In this document: piece after piece, positions 52,108 through 62,335 of the stretch
Layout of the letters: each line of letters starts with the position of its first letter
How positions within the stretch are numbered: position 1 is the first letter of the stretch
Assembly: GCA_965237955.1 (NCBI GenBank)
Contig: OZ250169.1
Span: forward strand, 5,888,001-5,952,000
DNA: 64,000 nt
Direction: 5' to 3'
Source: Candidatus Marinacidobacterales bacterium
Lineage (GTDB): Bacteria > Acidobacteriota > Vicinamibacteria > Marinacidobacterales > SMYC01
Program-made: the position numbers and the translations under genes
Notes under the pieces: generated by a model
What the model saw: the letters and a program-made list of their open reading frames with translations, nothing else
Database searches by the model: none
Told to the model about the DNA's origin: nothing

Positions 52108-52859
52108 CACCCGAAACGATAGAAAAGATGAACGCCATGAAGTTGTTCGGCTTGGTGTCCGCGTTCGAAACCCAGTTGAGCTCGAGCGAATACAAGGAGC
52201 TGAGCTTCGAGGAACGTGTGGGACTCCTGGTCGATGCCGAGTGGACCGCCCGCGAACAGCGTAAGCTTTCTCGACGACTGCGAGCGGCAAAGCTCCGCTA
52301 TCCGGCATGTTTGGAGAACGTGAACTTCCAAGCGCCTCGAGGCTTAAACCGCGAACAGATCTTGAGCCTGGGCAACTGCCGCTTTGTCGGTGAGCGCCAT
52401 AACCTGCTCATCACCGGCCCGACGGGGATTGGCAAATCGTTCTTGGCTTGCGCCTTCGTGGAGCGGGCCTGTCGTCGCGGCTTCACCGGATGCTACGTGC
52501 GAGCACCGCGCTTGCTCCACGAGCTCGCGGTCGCTCGTGGTGATGGTTCCTACGCCCGGCTTTTGACGAAACTCGCCAAGCTGGACTTACTGGCTATCGA
52601 TGATTGGCTGCTTCACCCGCTGAAAGAATCGGAGAGACGGGATCTAATGGAGGTCATCGAAGACCGCGCCGAGCGTGGCTCCACACTCATCGCGACCCAG
52701 ATTCCGCTCAAGCAGTGGCACGAAGCGATTGGCGACCCAAACCAGGCAGACGCTATCTGCGATCGCATTCTCCACAGCGCGCACCGCATCACTCTCAAAG
52801 GAGCTTCTCTGAGAAAGACCAAGGCTGCGCCAAAGGCATTTGACAACGCCGATGCATGA
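52101..52859 (+). CDS. istB: IS21 helper ATPase IstB
   Basis: GPTGIGKS Walker A, LLAIDDW and ADAICDRI. ATG overlaps the istA stop. Confidence 0.95.
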   Translation: MLTPETIEKMNAMKLFGLVSAFETQLSSSEYKELSFEERVGLLVDAEWTAREQRKLSRRLRAAKLRYPACLENVNFQAPRGLNREQILSLGNCRFVGERHNLLITGPTGIGKSFLACAFVERACRRGFTGCYVRAPRLLHELAVARGDGSYARLLTKLAKLDLLAIDDWLLHPLKESERRDLMEVIEDRAERGSTLIATQIPLKQWHEAIGDPNQADAICDRILHSAHRITLKGASLRKTKAAPKAFDNADA

Positions 52860-53965
52860 GCGAGCGAGGGACCACAGCGTCGATGCGATAAAAACGGGTG
52901 AAACCGCCAAACCCGGGGTACCAGACGATGCGGCGCCAAAACGACGCGCGAGAATGCCTCAGGAAGCGTCTTCTCGAGCCAGGCCATACCCCAGCAACCC
53001 CCCGAAACCAGCCCCACATCGCCCGGGGTTCGGCCGCGGCAGGTCGCTGCCTACGGGAGCGGGAAGGTCGCTTCGCGTCTTTCCTTACGCCCGCTCCCTC
53101 CGGCACCGACCTGCCGCCCCTTGCTACACAACACGCAGGTAAGATAGGTTCACGTTTTCAATCAGTGGAAAGGAGGTCACCCAACACTTCATCGCTTCGA
53201 TGAGCGTTCGGCTTCACCGGATTCGCTGTTCAGCTTGCTCTGGATTCGGCGTTCACGATGGCTGGAATACGCAGCGTAGCCTCGATGATCGTCGGTGTAC
53301 ACCTTTGCGCCAGGTTCGGTGCGCTGCACCACGAAGCCCTTGAGCGTGTCGCCGTCCGTACTCTCGATGACCTCGGCGCTGACGCGGTTCGTCTGGCGGT
53401 CCTTCGCGCCGATGACGGCGGTCTTGCCGACGGTGCCGCGTCCCTTGATGACTTGCTCGCGTTTGTGCGCGTGCATGTTCTTGGCTTTGCCACCGATGAA
53501 GGTTTCGTCTATCTCAACCGGCCCGCTGAACGGAAGCCCATCGCGGCCCCATGACTCGCGGATACGATGCGCCAGGTGCCACGCTGTTTTCTGCGTGACC
53601 TCAATGTCTCGGTGGAGCTTCATGCTGGAGGCTCCTTTCAAGTTGGTCGAGAGAAGGTAGAACGCGATCGCCCACTTCTGCAATCCTAGGTTTGACGCTT
53701 CTATGGGCGTCCCCGTTCTGACGCTGAAGTACTTCCGGCAGGCCCCGCAGTAGTAAGGCATCGGCCTGCGATTCTTTCTCGCTTTGACGCGCTCACTGGT
53801 GTCACAGTACGGGCAGGTTACGCCATTGGGCCAGCGAGTCTCAACGAACCAACGTTCGGCAGCGGCATCGTCGGGAAACATGCGGGTGAGTCCTACGAGC
53901 GAAAGACCTTTGCGGTAGTGTTTGCCAGGTGCTGTGTGCGCCATCCGTGTGCCTCCAATAATGGA

Positions 53966-53994
53966 AGCGTACTACACATAACCTGGCCTGTCAA
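53966..53994 (-). promoter_or_regulatory. Sigma70-type promoter of the IS1595 transposase
   Basis: TTGACA-N17-TACGCT on the minus strand, then GGAGG and ATG at 53944. Confidence 0.6.
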
Positions 53995-54032
53995 GCCTTT
54001 TGTGTAGTATCGTATATAATTCCCTTTTCTTG

Positions 54033-55949
54033 ACCCGGCGGGGAACCGGTACGATTTTTCTCGACTACGACAACGATGGCGATCGGGACATCTTCATGGC
54101 GGCGGTGGGAGAGCAGATACTTCTCCAAAACCAGCTTCGACCGGAAGGCCGCCTGGAGTTTATCGATGTGTCGGCCGAAGTGGGAGTCGACCATCGTGCG
54201 GTCGGGTTCAGCCCGGTCGCTGCGGATGTCAACGGAGACGGCCACACCGATATCTACGTTTGCTCCTACAACCTCTATGGCCAAATCATGCCGAACTCAT
54301 GGAGCCGCGCGACAAACGGCACGCCGAACTTGTTGTTCATCAACCAGGGCGACGGTACGTTTCGTGAGGAAGCGCGGACGTGGGGGGCGGCGGACGCTCG
54401 TTGGAGCTACGCCGGCGCGTTCGCGGACGTCGACGGTGACGGGCGGCAAGATCTCTACGTGGCGAACGATTTCGGCGAGAACGCGCTTTTCATGAACCGG
54501 GTTGACCACTTCGAAGACGAGGCGAGCGCCCGCGGTGTCGTGGATCCCGGCAACGGCATGGGGGTGTCGTTTGGCGACTACGACAACGACGGCGACCTGG
54601 ACTTGCACGTGACCAACATGTCGTCGACGGCCGGAAATCGAATCCTCGCCCGACTCATGCCCGAGGCGAGCGCCGACGACGCGGTGTTGAAAAAGCTCGC
54701 CGCGGGCAATTCGCTCTTCGAGAACAACGGTGACGGGACGTTCCAAAACGTTGCTGAGTCTGCTGGCGGTTTCGGCGCGGGGTGGGCGTACGGCGGCGGG
54801 TTCGTCGATTTCGACAACGATGGATGGGAGGATACCTACTCGGTGAACGGATTCGTTTCCGGCAAGACGATGAAGGACACGTGAAGCCTTTTCTGGCGCC
54901 ACGTCGTGGCGTCCGCGAGCGAGCAGGAGGCGGCCGGCAATCGCTCCTACCAGAACGAGCACATGGCTCAGCTTTTCGACGAAGGCATGTCGTTCAGCGG
55001 GTTCGAGCGCAACAACCTCTACCTCGCTCGCGGAGACGGTACCTACGTGGACATCTCGGGCGTCTCCGGACTGGACTCCATCACCGATGGACGCGGACTG
55101 GCGTTCGGAGATTTGGACAACGACGGCGATCTGGACGTGGTGATAACGCCGGTGCAAGAGGTCGCACGGCTGGTCTATCGCAACAACGTCGGGCAGGACA
55201 ACGCGTTCGTCCGCATGACGGTCAAGGGAACGCAATCGGCGAGTGATGCGTTCGGAACCGTATTGCGTCTGGAGACGGAGTTGGGTACGCAGACGCAGAT
55301 CAAAGCCGGAGGTCGCGGATTTCTGTCCTTCAGCGATCCACGGGTTCTCTTCGGCGTGGGGACCGTGAATGCGGAGCCTTATCGTCTCACCGTGCTTTGG
55401 CCTTCCGGCCTCGAGGAGAGCTACGACGTTCGCGCCGGCGACAGCGTTCTCGTGACCGAGAACGAGGGTATGGAGCGCATCAAAGAGAAACCTTTCGAGC
55501 TTCCCGATCCGGAGACGGCGTCTGAGAGAATTCTTCGCACGTTGAACCTCGAACAAGGCGCGCCCTTTCCCACCCTCGCCGGTGTGGGAGCCATGGGAGA
55601 CTCCGGACGGCGGACGCTTCTGAACATCTGGGCGACGTGGTGCGTGCCTTGCTCGGTAGAGATGCCCGAGCTCGAGCGCGCCTATCCTGCGCTGCAAGCG
55701 GCGGGGATCGATCTCATCGGCCTCAGTGTCGACACCGCGCCGGAAGGCGTGCCCGGCTATCTGGAGGCGAAAGGGATCACGTACCCGAACTTCGTCGTTG
55801 CCGAAGACGATTTCCCCAAGATCTTCAAGGGCGACGCGCTCACGGTTCCGCTCACGGTACTCCTCGACGAAGCGGGTCTCGTGGTAGAAGCGTATTCGGG
55901 CTGGAGTACTGACACCCGCGCCAAGATCGACGCTTTAGCGCAACAATAA
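54033..55949 (+). pseudogene. 3' part of the FG-GAP/ASPIC-UnbV/TlpA-like protein, with an in-frame TGA at 54882-54884
   Basis: Multiple DxDxDG repeats, SFSGFERN, ASPIC-like (VLFGVG..VLWPSG) and WATWCVPC. ORFs 54000-54884 and 54906-55949 share one frame with no other stop between them. Confidence 0.88.
54882..54913 (+). promoter_or_regulatory. Candidate bacterial SECIS element
   Basis: TGA, 10 nt, then stem GGCGCCAC / loop GTC / GTGGCGTC. The loop starts with G after an 18-nt spacer from the TGA. Confidence 0.55.
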
Positions 55950-56716
55950 ATGCTCGGCTCGCGACGCGAGTCGCACCGACTCACGGCCGCTATGTGCAAG
56001 CAGAAGCCTTTGGTCATCGGCCGCAAGCCTTTTGGCAGAATCGCCATCGCCAACTCGGATGCCGGCGCTTCGGCCACTACCAAATAGGCCATCGACCAAG
56101 CATGGCGTGCGGTACGGGAAACGTTGAGCTCCTAGAATCAAGCAGAGCCTGGGCGCGCTAGTTGGTCCCGATGCGATATAGTCTTTTTTTAATGTCGGGC
56201 AAGCAGGTTTTTCTCAGCTATTCCCTCGAGGATATCGAAATGGCTCGGCACGTGGTTCGTGCCATCGAAGCTCGCGGTTGGCCCATTTCCTGGGAGCGGT
56301 ACGACGACCCCGACGCGATTGCAACCCTTGCGCTCCGTGAAGCGCTGACCGCTTCCGATTGCGTCGTCGTGCTGTGGTCGGCGCATTCGGTCGACTCCGA
56401 AGCGATTCGTGAGGAGGCGAGCTCCGCGAGAAGTCGAGGTGCTCTCGTCCAGGGGACGCTCGACGATGCCGCGGTACCCATGCCGTTCGTGCTCGACGAG
56501 CCGACCCCTCTCACCGATGAGTGGAGTGTGACGACGTTGGTGCAGCAGATCGCGCGCGTTCTCCACGACGAGGCCACTACGCTTTCGAGAGAATCGCAGG
56601 AGCGGACGCCGAACGCCGAAGTACGACTCGAAGCGCGTGTGCTCGATATTGCGGAACAGCATGCCGACGCCGGTGAGCTCGACAAAGCCATCACCGCCTA
56701 CGAGCGCTGGATCGAG

Positions 56717-58281
56717 TGTTTCGGTTCAGCTGGAACATGACAGTCCTGAAGTTAAAATACGCACATGGAAAAAGGAGCTGTCATGAGCAAAGGTCGTCGT
56801 CGTCACACTGCGGAGCAAAAGGCAGAGCTGTTGCGCCAGCACGTTGCCGAGAAAAAGCCGGTCTCGGAGGTATGCAACGAGGCAGAAATCCAGCCGAGCC
56901 TGTTCTACACATGGCAAAGGGAGCTATTGGCTGGAGCCCATACGGTGTTTTCGTTCCGTCGTGCGCCGAGCCGTGAGAAGGAGCTAGAGGAGAAGCTCTC
57001 CCGTCTCGAGGCGAAGGTGGCCCGTAAGGATCAGATCATCGCTGAGGTGACCGAAGAGTACGTGACACTCAAAAAAAAACTTGGGGAAGCCTGAGTGGTG
57101 CCTGGATTCCCCATGACCGTCGTGACGAGGTTGTCGACTTCGTGAACACAATCGCCACCAAGACCCAGCTTCCGGTCCAGCAGATCGTTCAGTGGTGCGG
57201 GATCGCTCGGGGCAAGTTCTACGACTGGCGCAAGCGGTACGGGAAGGTGAATGAGCACAACGGCCTGGTGCCGCGGGATCACTGGATCGAAGAATGGGAG
57301 CGCCAGTCCGTGATCGACTACTTCGACTGCCACCCACTGGACGGGTATCGCCGACTCACGTTCATGATGCTGGACGAAGACGTGGTGGCAGTTAGCCCCT
57401 CGACGACGTACCGGGTGTTGTCGAAGGCGGGTCGTCTGGACCGTTGGAACCCGAAGCCGTCGAAGAAGGGAACGGGCTTCGTTCAGCCGCTGCGAGCGCA
57501 CCAGCACTGGCACACGGATATCTCGTACTTGAACCTGGGTGGGACGTTCTACTACCTCTGCTCGTTTCTGGATGGTGCGAGCCGCGCGGTGGTTCACTGG
57601 GAGATTCGTGAGTCGATGACGGAAGCGGATGTGGAGTGCATCTTGGAGCGAGCAAAGGAGCGGTACCCCGATGCGCGGCCTCGAATCATCTCGGACAACG
57701 GTCCGCAGTACATCGCGAAGGACTTCAAGGCATTCATCCGCATCTCAGGGATGACGCACGTGAGGACCGCGCCGTACTACTCGCAATCGAACGGGAAGAT
57801 CGAGCGTTGGCACAAGACGATAAAATCGGACGCCCTGCGTCCTGCCAGCCCCACGAGCCTCGAAGAGGCTCGCCGCTTGATGGAACGATTCGTCGAATAT
57901 TACAACGGGGTTCGCCTGCACAGCGCGATCGGCTACATTGCGCCGCTGGACTTCATGGATGGCAAGGCCACCCAGATCTGGTCGGAGCGAGACCGCAAAC
58001 TCGAGCAGGCTCGGAAGCTGCGGCGTGAGCGCCGTGCGAACAAGGTGCCCGCATGAACACTCTGATCCCAGGAGCCCCACTCCGTTCCCTCTCGCCCACA
58101 AGCATTGAGTACCAGAGAGCGCAGGGGGCGTCAAGGGCGGCGAAGCCGGCGCGCGCAGCGCGCTTTACCCTTGACGCCCCCGAGCACTCTGGTACGATCC
58201 CTGGGGCGATAGGGGACATCCTGCCGCCGGGCGTTGCGTTAACGTCCAACCTCGCTGTCATCTTCACGCTGAACCAATACA
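56717..58281 (+). mobile_element. IS3-family element (1565 bp)
   Basis: IRs TGTTTCGGTTCAGCTGGAACATGACAG / CTGTCATCTTCACGCTGAACCAATACA, 4-bp TSD CGAG, and an orfA/orfB layout. Confidence 0.92.
56783..58056 (+). CDS. IS3 transposase OrfAB (probable programmed -1 frameshift at the A9 run, ~57071-57079)
   Basis: OrfA HTH ends LKKKLGEA. OrfB integrase core has WHTDISY, ISDNG and NGKIERW. Confidence 0.9.
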
Positions 58282-59075
58282 CGAGGAGAAAGCCGATGAC
58301 ATGAAGGCGGTGCGCCGGCTGGGCGATCTCTACCTCGCGTCGGATCGCGATCAAGACGCCGCAGCCCAATACGAGCACGTTGCCGAGCACTACGCAACCG
58401 CCGGGTTTCTCGTGCCCGCGATCGAGACTTACAAGCGCATGGTCGAGCTCACACCTGACAACGAGGCGTTTTCCGCTCGTCTCGCCGCGCTCGTCGAGGA
58501 GAAGGAGCTCCAAACGACGAATACTCAACGGGCGATGTCCTCCGTCCAATTCACTCTCACCGCGCCGCCGTACGTGAGAGCCGGAGAAACCTTCTCCCTC
58601 GACGTGTGGGCGCATCGTGAAGACGACCGCGCCGAGGTAACGAAGCGTCTCGATGAAGGCTACGGGCGCGACAAGTCCGAGGCGGTCGCGGGACCTGCCC
58701 TCACCGCCCGGGTGCACATCGATGGCCTCGACATCAGAAGCTCCGAGATGAGTCTGAGGTGGGACCGGGGCCTCGGGACGGGAACGTTTCAGGTCTCAAC
58801 TACGGCAGCGACCGTTCCCGGAGCACGTACCGGCGTCGTTGGCATCTACTTTCTCGGACTCCAAATCGCGCGGATCCACTTTCTAGTCCCGATCGGGGAT
58901 AGGACCGCTCCTCGCGAAATCATCCCGTCCCGCCAGGACCGCCACACACGTGCCTTGGCCTGTTTCGCCCCCGAGGATCGCGACGCCGTCGAAGCTCGCA
59001 TCCGCTCCTTCGAGCAAGCGGCTCCGGGGGTCGATGTGTCTCTCGACGCCATCGAGCTGCGCGGGAGGGAAAATG

Positions 59076-59624
59076 GGCTGTCCGTGGACTCTTCACCAAC
59101 GAAGCGGGCCTCGGAAGCGCCCCGATCGTACATGCGGCGGCGGTAACCGATCACCCGGTGCGTCAAGCCTTGTACGGTATCTTCGAAGTGTTCATCGACA
59201 CGTTCGTGGTCTGCGTCGCTACCGGTCTCGTGATTTTGACGACCGGTGCGTGGGAGGAAGGCCTCACCGGCGCCGCGCTCTCGGCGAGAGGGTTCGAGCT
59301 GGGACTTCCGGGAGCGTGGGGTCACGGCATCGTGACAATAGGTGTGCTCCTGTTTGCGTTCTCGACGCTGATCGGGTGGTCGTTCTACGGTGAGACTGCC
59401 GCCGTGTACCTGCTCGGCCGCAAGGCCGTGCTTCCGTATCGACTCCTGTGGAAATAGGGGCCATTTGGATCGGTGCGACCGGAAGCCTGCAGCTCGTGTG
59501 GCAGGTCTCGGACACGCTCAACGGGTTGATGGCAGTGCCAAACCTGATCGCGATTCTCGGCTCGTTGGCATTGATCCGAAAGCTCATCAAGGAGTTCTTC
59601 AGCGGGGCGTACTCTCGCTCATGA
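59076..59624 (+). pseudogene. Alanine/glycine:cation symporter (AgcS) 3' remnant
   Basis: RGLFTNEAGLGSAPI, EVFIDT, FAFSTLIGWSFYGE and NGLMAVPNL. The 5' half is absent and there is a frameshift near 59452. Confidence 0.85.
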
Positions 59625-59683
59625 TGTCGGTGAGGAAGATGAAGAGGAAGTCGACACAAACAGAATCGTGAGGAGTACCTTTT

Positions 59684-60484
59684 TCACGAGGAACCTTCTT
59701 TCGTTGGGCGCGGTTGCCTGTGCTCTCCGAGGATCCAGCTGGGTTTCGGCTCCCACTCGAGACCGAACTTCGTTCGTGCCGATTGTAAAACTCGCGAGAC
59801 GGCCTCCTCCGGCGAGTCCGTGATGGTGAGACGATCGACGTCTTCCTGGTCGATCGTCCCTTCGCGAACCATTTTCTCCTCGAGCAACTTGATAAGCGGG
59901 CGCCAGTAGTCTTCACCCATGATGACGATAGGGAAGTCTTTCATCTTGCCGGTTTGAATCAAGGTGGCTGTCTCGAAAATCTCGTCCATCGTTCCGAAGC
60001 CTCCCGGAAGCACGATGAACGCATAGGAGTACTTCACCAGCATGACCTTGCGGACGAAGAAGTAGTGAAACTCCACCATGACGTCGAGATACGGGTTGCC
60101 CGCCTGCTGTGAGGTAGCTGGATGCTGCAGCCGACCGAGTTCCCGCCACCTTCCTTGGCACCCCGATTTTGCGGCCTCCATGATGCCAGGGCCGCCTCCG
60201 GTCATGGTCGTGAAGCCCGTGCGGGCTAACCGTTCACCGACCTTCCGGGCCATTTGATACTAGCGGTGGGTCTCGTCGAAGCGCGCCGATCCGAAAACCG
60301 TGACCGCCGGGCCCACGAAGTGGAGCGTCCGAAAACAGCGAATGAACTCCCACGCGATGCGAAGGGTGCGGACGAACTCGGAGCGTCGGGATTCGGGGCC
60401 GGCGAGGAAGCGGCCTTCTTCGACCGTCCCCGAGCCCCGCTCGAACAAATCTTCGGGATGGCGTTTCGGTGCAGGTTCGTTCAT
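59684..60484 (-). pseudogene. LOG-family nucleotide phosphoribohydrolase
   Basis: VTVFGSAR, TGGGPGIMEA, FFVRKVML and PGGFGTMDE motifs. Carries an in-frame TAG at 60260-60262 and an apparently scrambled segment from compensating frameshifts. Confidence 0.85.
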
Positions 60485-60531
60485 GATGGTGTGCTCGACG
60501 AGAGTATCATGCCAATTTCGTGGAGGTAGCT

Positions 60532-61275
60532 TTGACGACGAACGTGGTGCTTTACGAATCCAAGAACAACATAGCTGTCATCACCCTGAATCGCCCCGAA
60601 AAGCTCAACGCGATGAACGACGATATGTGGGGAGCTCTCGAGGCCACGTGGCGCCGTTTCAACAACAGTGAAGATAAAGTCGCCATTATCACCGCGGCGG
60701 GGGACAAGGCGTTTTGCGTCGGCGCCGACTTGTCGAGCCCGTCTCTCGACGTGTGGCGCGCGATTCCCGGTCATATCGTCGACGTCGAAAAGCCGATCGT
60801 GGCGGCGGTGTTCGGACATTGTCTCGGCGGCGGGTTAGGGTTGGTGCAATTCGCCGACATTTGCGTCGCGGCCGAGGGGGCTCGGTTCGCGTTTCCGGAA
60901 GCGAAGGTGGGGCTCGCCATCGGGGCCGCGAGCTCGTTGGTGGCGCGCATCCCCCACAAGATCGCGATGGAGCTCATGCTGACGGGTGACCCGATCTCGG
61001 CGGAGCGCGCGTACGAGGCAGGTCTCATCAACAAAGTCGTTCCCCGCGATGAGCTGATGCCGACAGCCACGGCCTACGCGGAACGTATCGTCGAGAACGC
61101 GCCGCTTGTCCTCGGTATGCTCAAGCGCTACGCCCATGAAGTCATGCCCAAAGGGCCGGTCGAGACGTCCGCGCTCTGGCGGCGCGGTCCCGAAATGATC
61201 TTTTCGAGCCGGGACGCCGAAGAGGGAGTTGCCGCGTTTCGAGAGAAGCGGAAACCGAAGTTCATCGGCATCTAA
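60532..61275 (+). CDS. Enoyl-CoA hydratase/isomerase family protein
   Basis: ITLNRPEKLNA, AFCVGADL, KPIVAAV.G.CLGGG, FPEAKVG and AFREKRKP motifs. Confidence 0.93.
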   Translation: MTTNVVLYESKNNIAVITLNRPEKLNAMNDDMWGALEATWRRFNNSEDKVAIITAAGDKAFCVGADLSSPSLDVWRAIPGHIVDVEKPIVAAVFGHCLGGGLGLVQFADICVAAEGARFAFPEAKVGLAIGAASSLVARIPHKIAMELMLTGDPISAERAYEAGLINKVVPRDELMPTATAYAERIVENAPLVLGMLKRYAHEVMPKGPVETSALWRRGPEMIFSSRDAEEGVAAFREKRKPKFIGI

Positions 61276-61278
61276 CGG

Positions 61279-62187
61279 CTATTGCAGGAGGATGGCGACG
61301 CCGGCGATGGCGAGGACCGTCCCCGCGACGGCGCGAAACGTGATCGGCTCCCGGAACACGACCCGTCCGATCGGCAGAAGGAAAAGAGGCGTCAGACTCA
61401 TTAGCGTCGACGCCACGCCCAGCGGAGCGCGCTCGATGGCGACGAGGGACAACCATACGCCGGCAATCGGACCGGCGAGCGCGCCGAGGACGGTGAGAGC
61501 CGAAGCCTCTCGGTTGTGGATCCACATATGAAGGGTCTGTCGAGCGCGTCCGGAAAGCGCCGTCACCAGCCACACGGCCGTGGCGGCCGCTAGGAGGCGG
61601 ATCCAGTTCGCCGCCTGGGTTGAAGCGCCTTGGCTCAAGCCCACCTTCGCGGTGACGAGACCAAGGGCCTGGCCGAAGGCACCACCGAGCGCGAACAGAA
61701 GCTCCCAACCGCGTCCCTGGTGGTCATGACCACTGCTTTGGGCGGCTCGTTTTTTCGGAGCGGTCACGACCCAGGCCACGCCGAAAAGCGTCACCGCAAT
61801 GCCGGATATCTCGAAGCTCGACAGTGTTTCACTGAGAAAGACCCAGCCGAGACCTGCCGCGATCGCAGGCACCAGCGCGAAAATGAGCATCGACAGCGCG
61901 GGCCCAATCAAGACGTAAGCACGGAACAGAAGGTCATCGCCGAAGGCCAGCCCGATGATGCCTGAGGCGGCGAGCCACATCCATACGGAGTTCGACAGAC
62001 CGGCGGGGATGAGCTCGCCTCGCGTCACCCAGTAGATCACGATCGCGATGAGCGCCGCCACGAGCAGGCGCGAGCGGTTGACCGCGGACGCCCCTGCGCG
62101 GCGCCCGGCTATCGCAAAGAGTGTGGACGAGATCGCGAAAAACACGGCCGTCCCGATGGCCGCGATCTCGCCCGTCAAGGATTCCAA
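61279..62187 (-). CDS. DMT/EamA-family transporter
   Basis: About ten hydrophobic helices in two EamA-like halves. Confidence 0.85.
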   Translation of the reverse strand: MESLTGEIAAIGTAVFFAISSTLFAIAGRRAGASAVNRSRLLVAALIAIVIYWVTRGELIPAGLSNSVWMWLAASGIIGLAFGDDLLFRAYVLIGPALSMLIFALVPAIAAGLGWVFLSETLSSFEISGIAVTLFGVAWVVTAPKKRAAQSSGHDHQGRGWELLFALGGAFGQALGLVTAKVGLSQGASTQAANWIRLLAAATAVWLVTALSGRARQTLHMWIHNREASALTVLGALAGPIAGVWLSLVAIERAPLGVASTLMSLTPLFLLPIGRVVFREPITFRAVAGTVLAIAGVAILLQ

Positions 62188-62335
62188 ATTGTCGAGCTCT
62201 TCAGCGGACTATGGGAGGCAATTTGGAAGAAGTGGAGCATAGGCGCCATGGTAGGATACAGCACACTGGAGGATACCGCTTCCCGCCCTCACAGGCCCGA
62301 TGAGACTCGCCCCCCGCGTACTGGCTTGGGGAGTG

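Larger units (their letters stand above)
50331..53273 (+). mobile_element. IS21-family element (2943 bp)
   Basis: Ends TGCGTATTCC / GGAATACGCA. 8-bp TSD GCGTAGCC at 50323-50330 and 53274-53281. Carries istA-istB. Confidence 0.95.
50034..53944 (-). pseudogene. IS1595-family transposase split by IS21
   Basis: Zn ribbon CPYC...CGAC, VEIDETFIGG and YTDDHRGYA rejoin in frame to GLPNHETVRHS...HTNGIESFWAMLKRG. Confidence 0.93.
46808..54024 (-). mobile_element. IS1595-family cargo transposon (7217 bp including nested IS630 and IS21)
   Basis: IRs GGGAATTATATACTATACTACAC / GTGTAGTATCGTATATAATTCCC. 8-bp TSD TTTTCTTG at 46800-46807 and 54025-54032. Confidence 0.93.
56192..59075 (+). pseudogene. TIR-TPR-...-TIR protein, split by IS3 and truncated
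   Basis: VFLSYS.ED...VVVLWS..SVDSE.IREE (TIR). YERWIE|EKADDMKAVRRLGDLY rejoins across TSD CGAG. A second TIR-like start (ALACFAPEDR) is cut off near 59075. Confidence 0.8.

Noticed and set aside
52860-53190. ORFs in the IS21 right-hand region
   Set aside because: Low-complexity, mutually overlapping frames without motifs; most likely a non-coding IS21 tail.
54297-55697. 466-aa minus-strand ORF and many similar long antisense ORFs
   Set aside because: These are shadow frames of real genes in high-GC DNA, with no recognisable motifs.
60260-60262. In-frame TAG in the LOG gene as pyrrolysine or readthrough
   Set aside because: It is one substitution away from a Tyr codon, and the same gene and its neighbour carry frameshifts, so decay or sequencing error is the simpler explanation.
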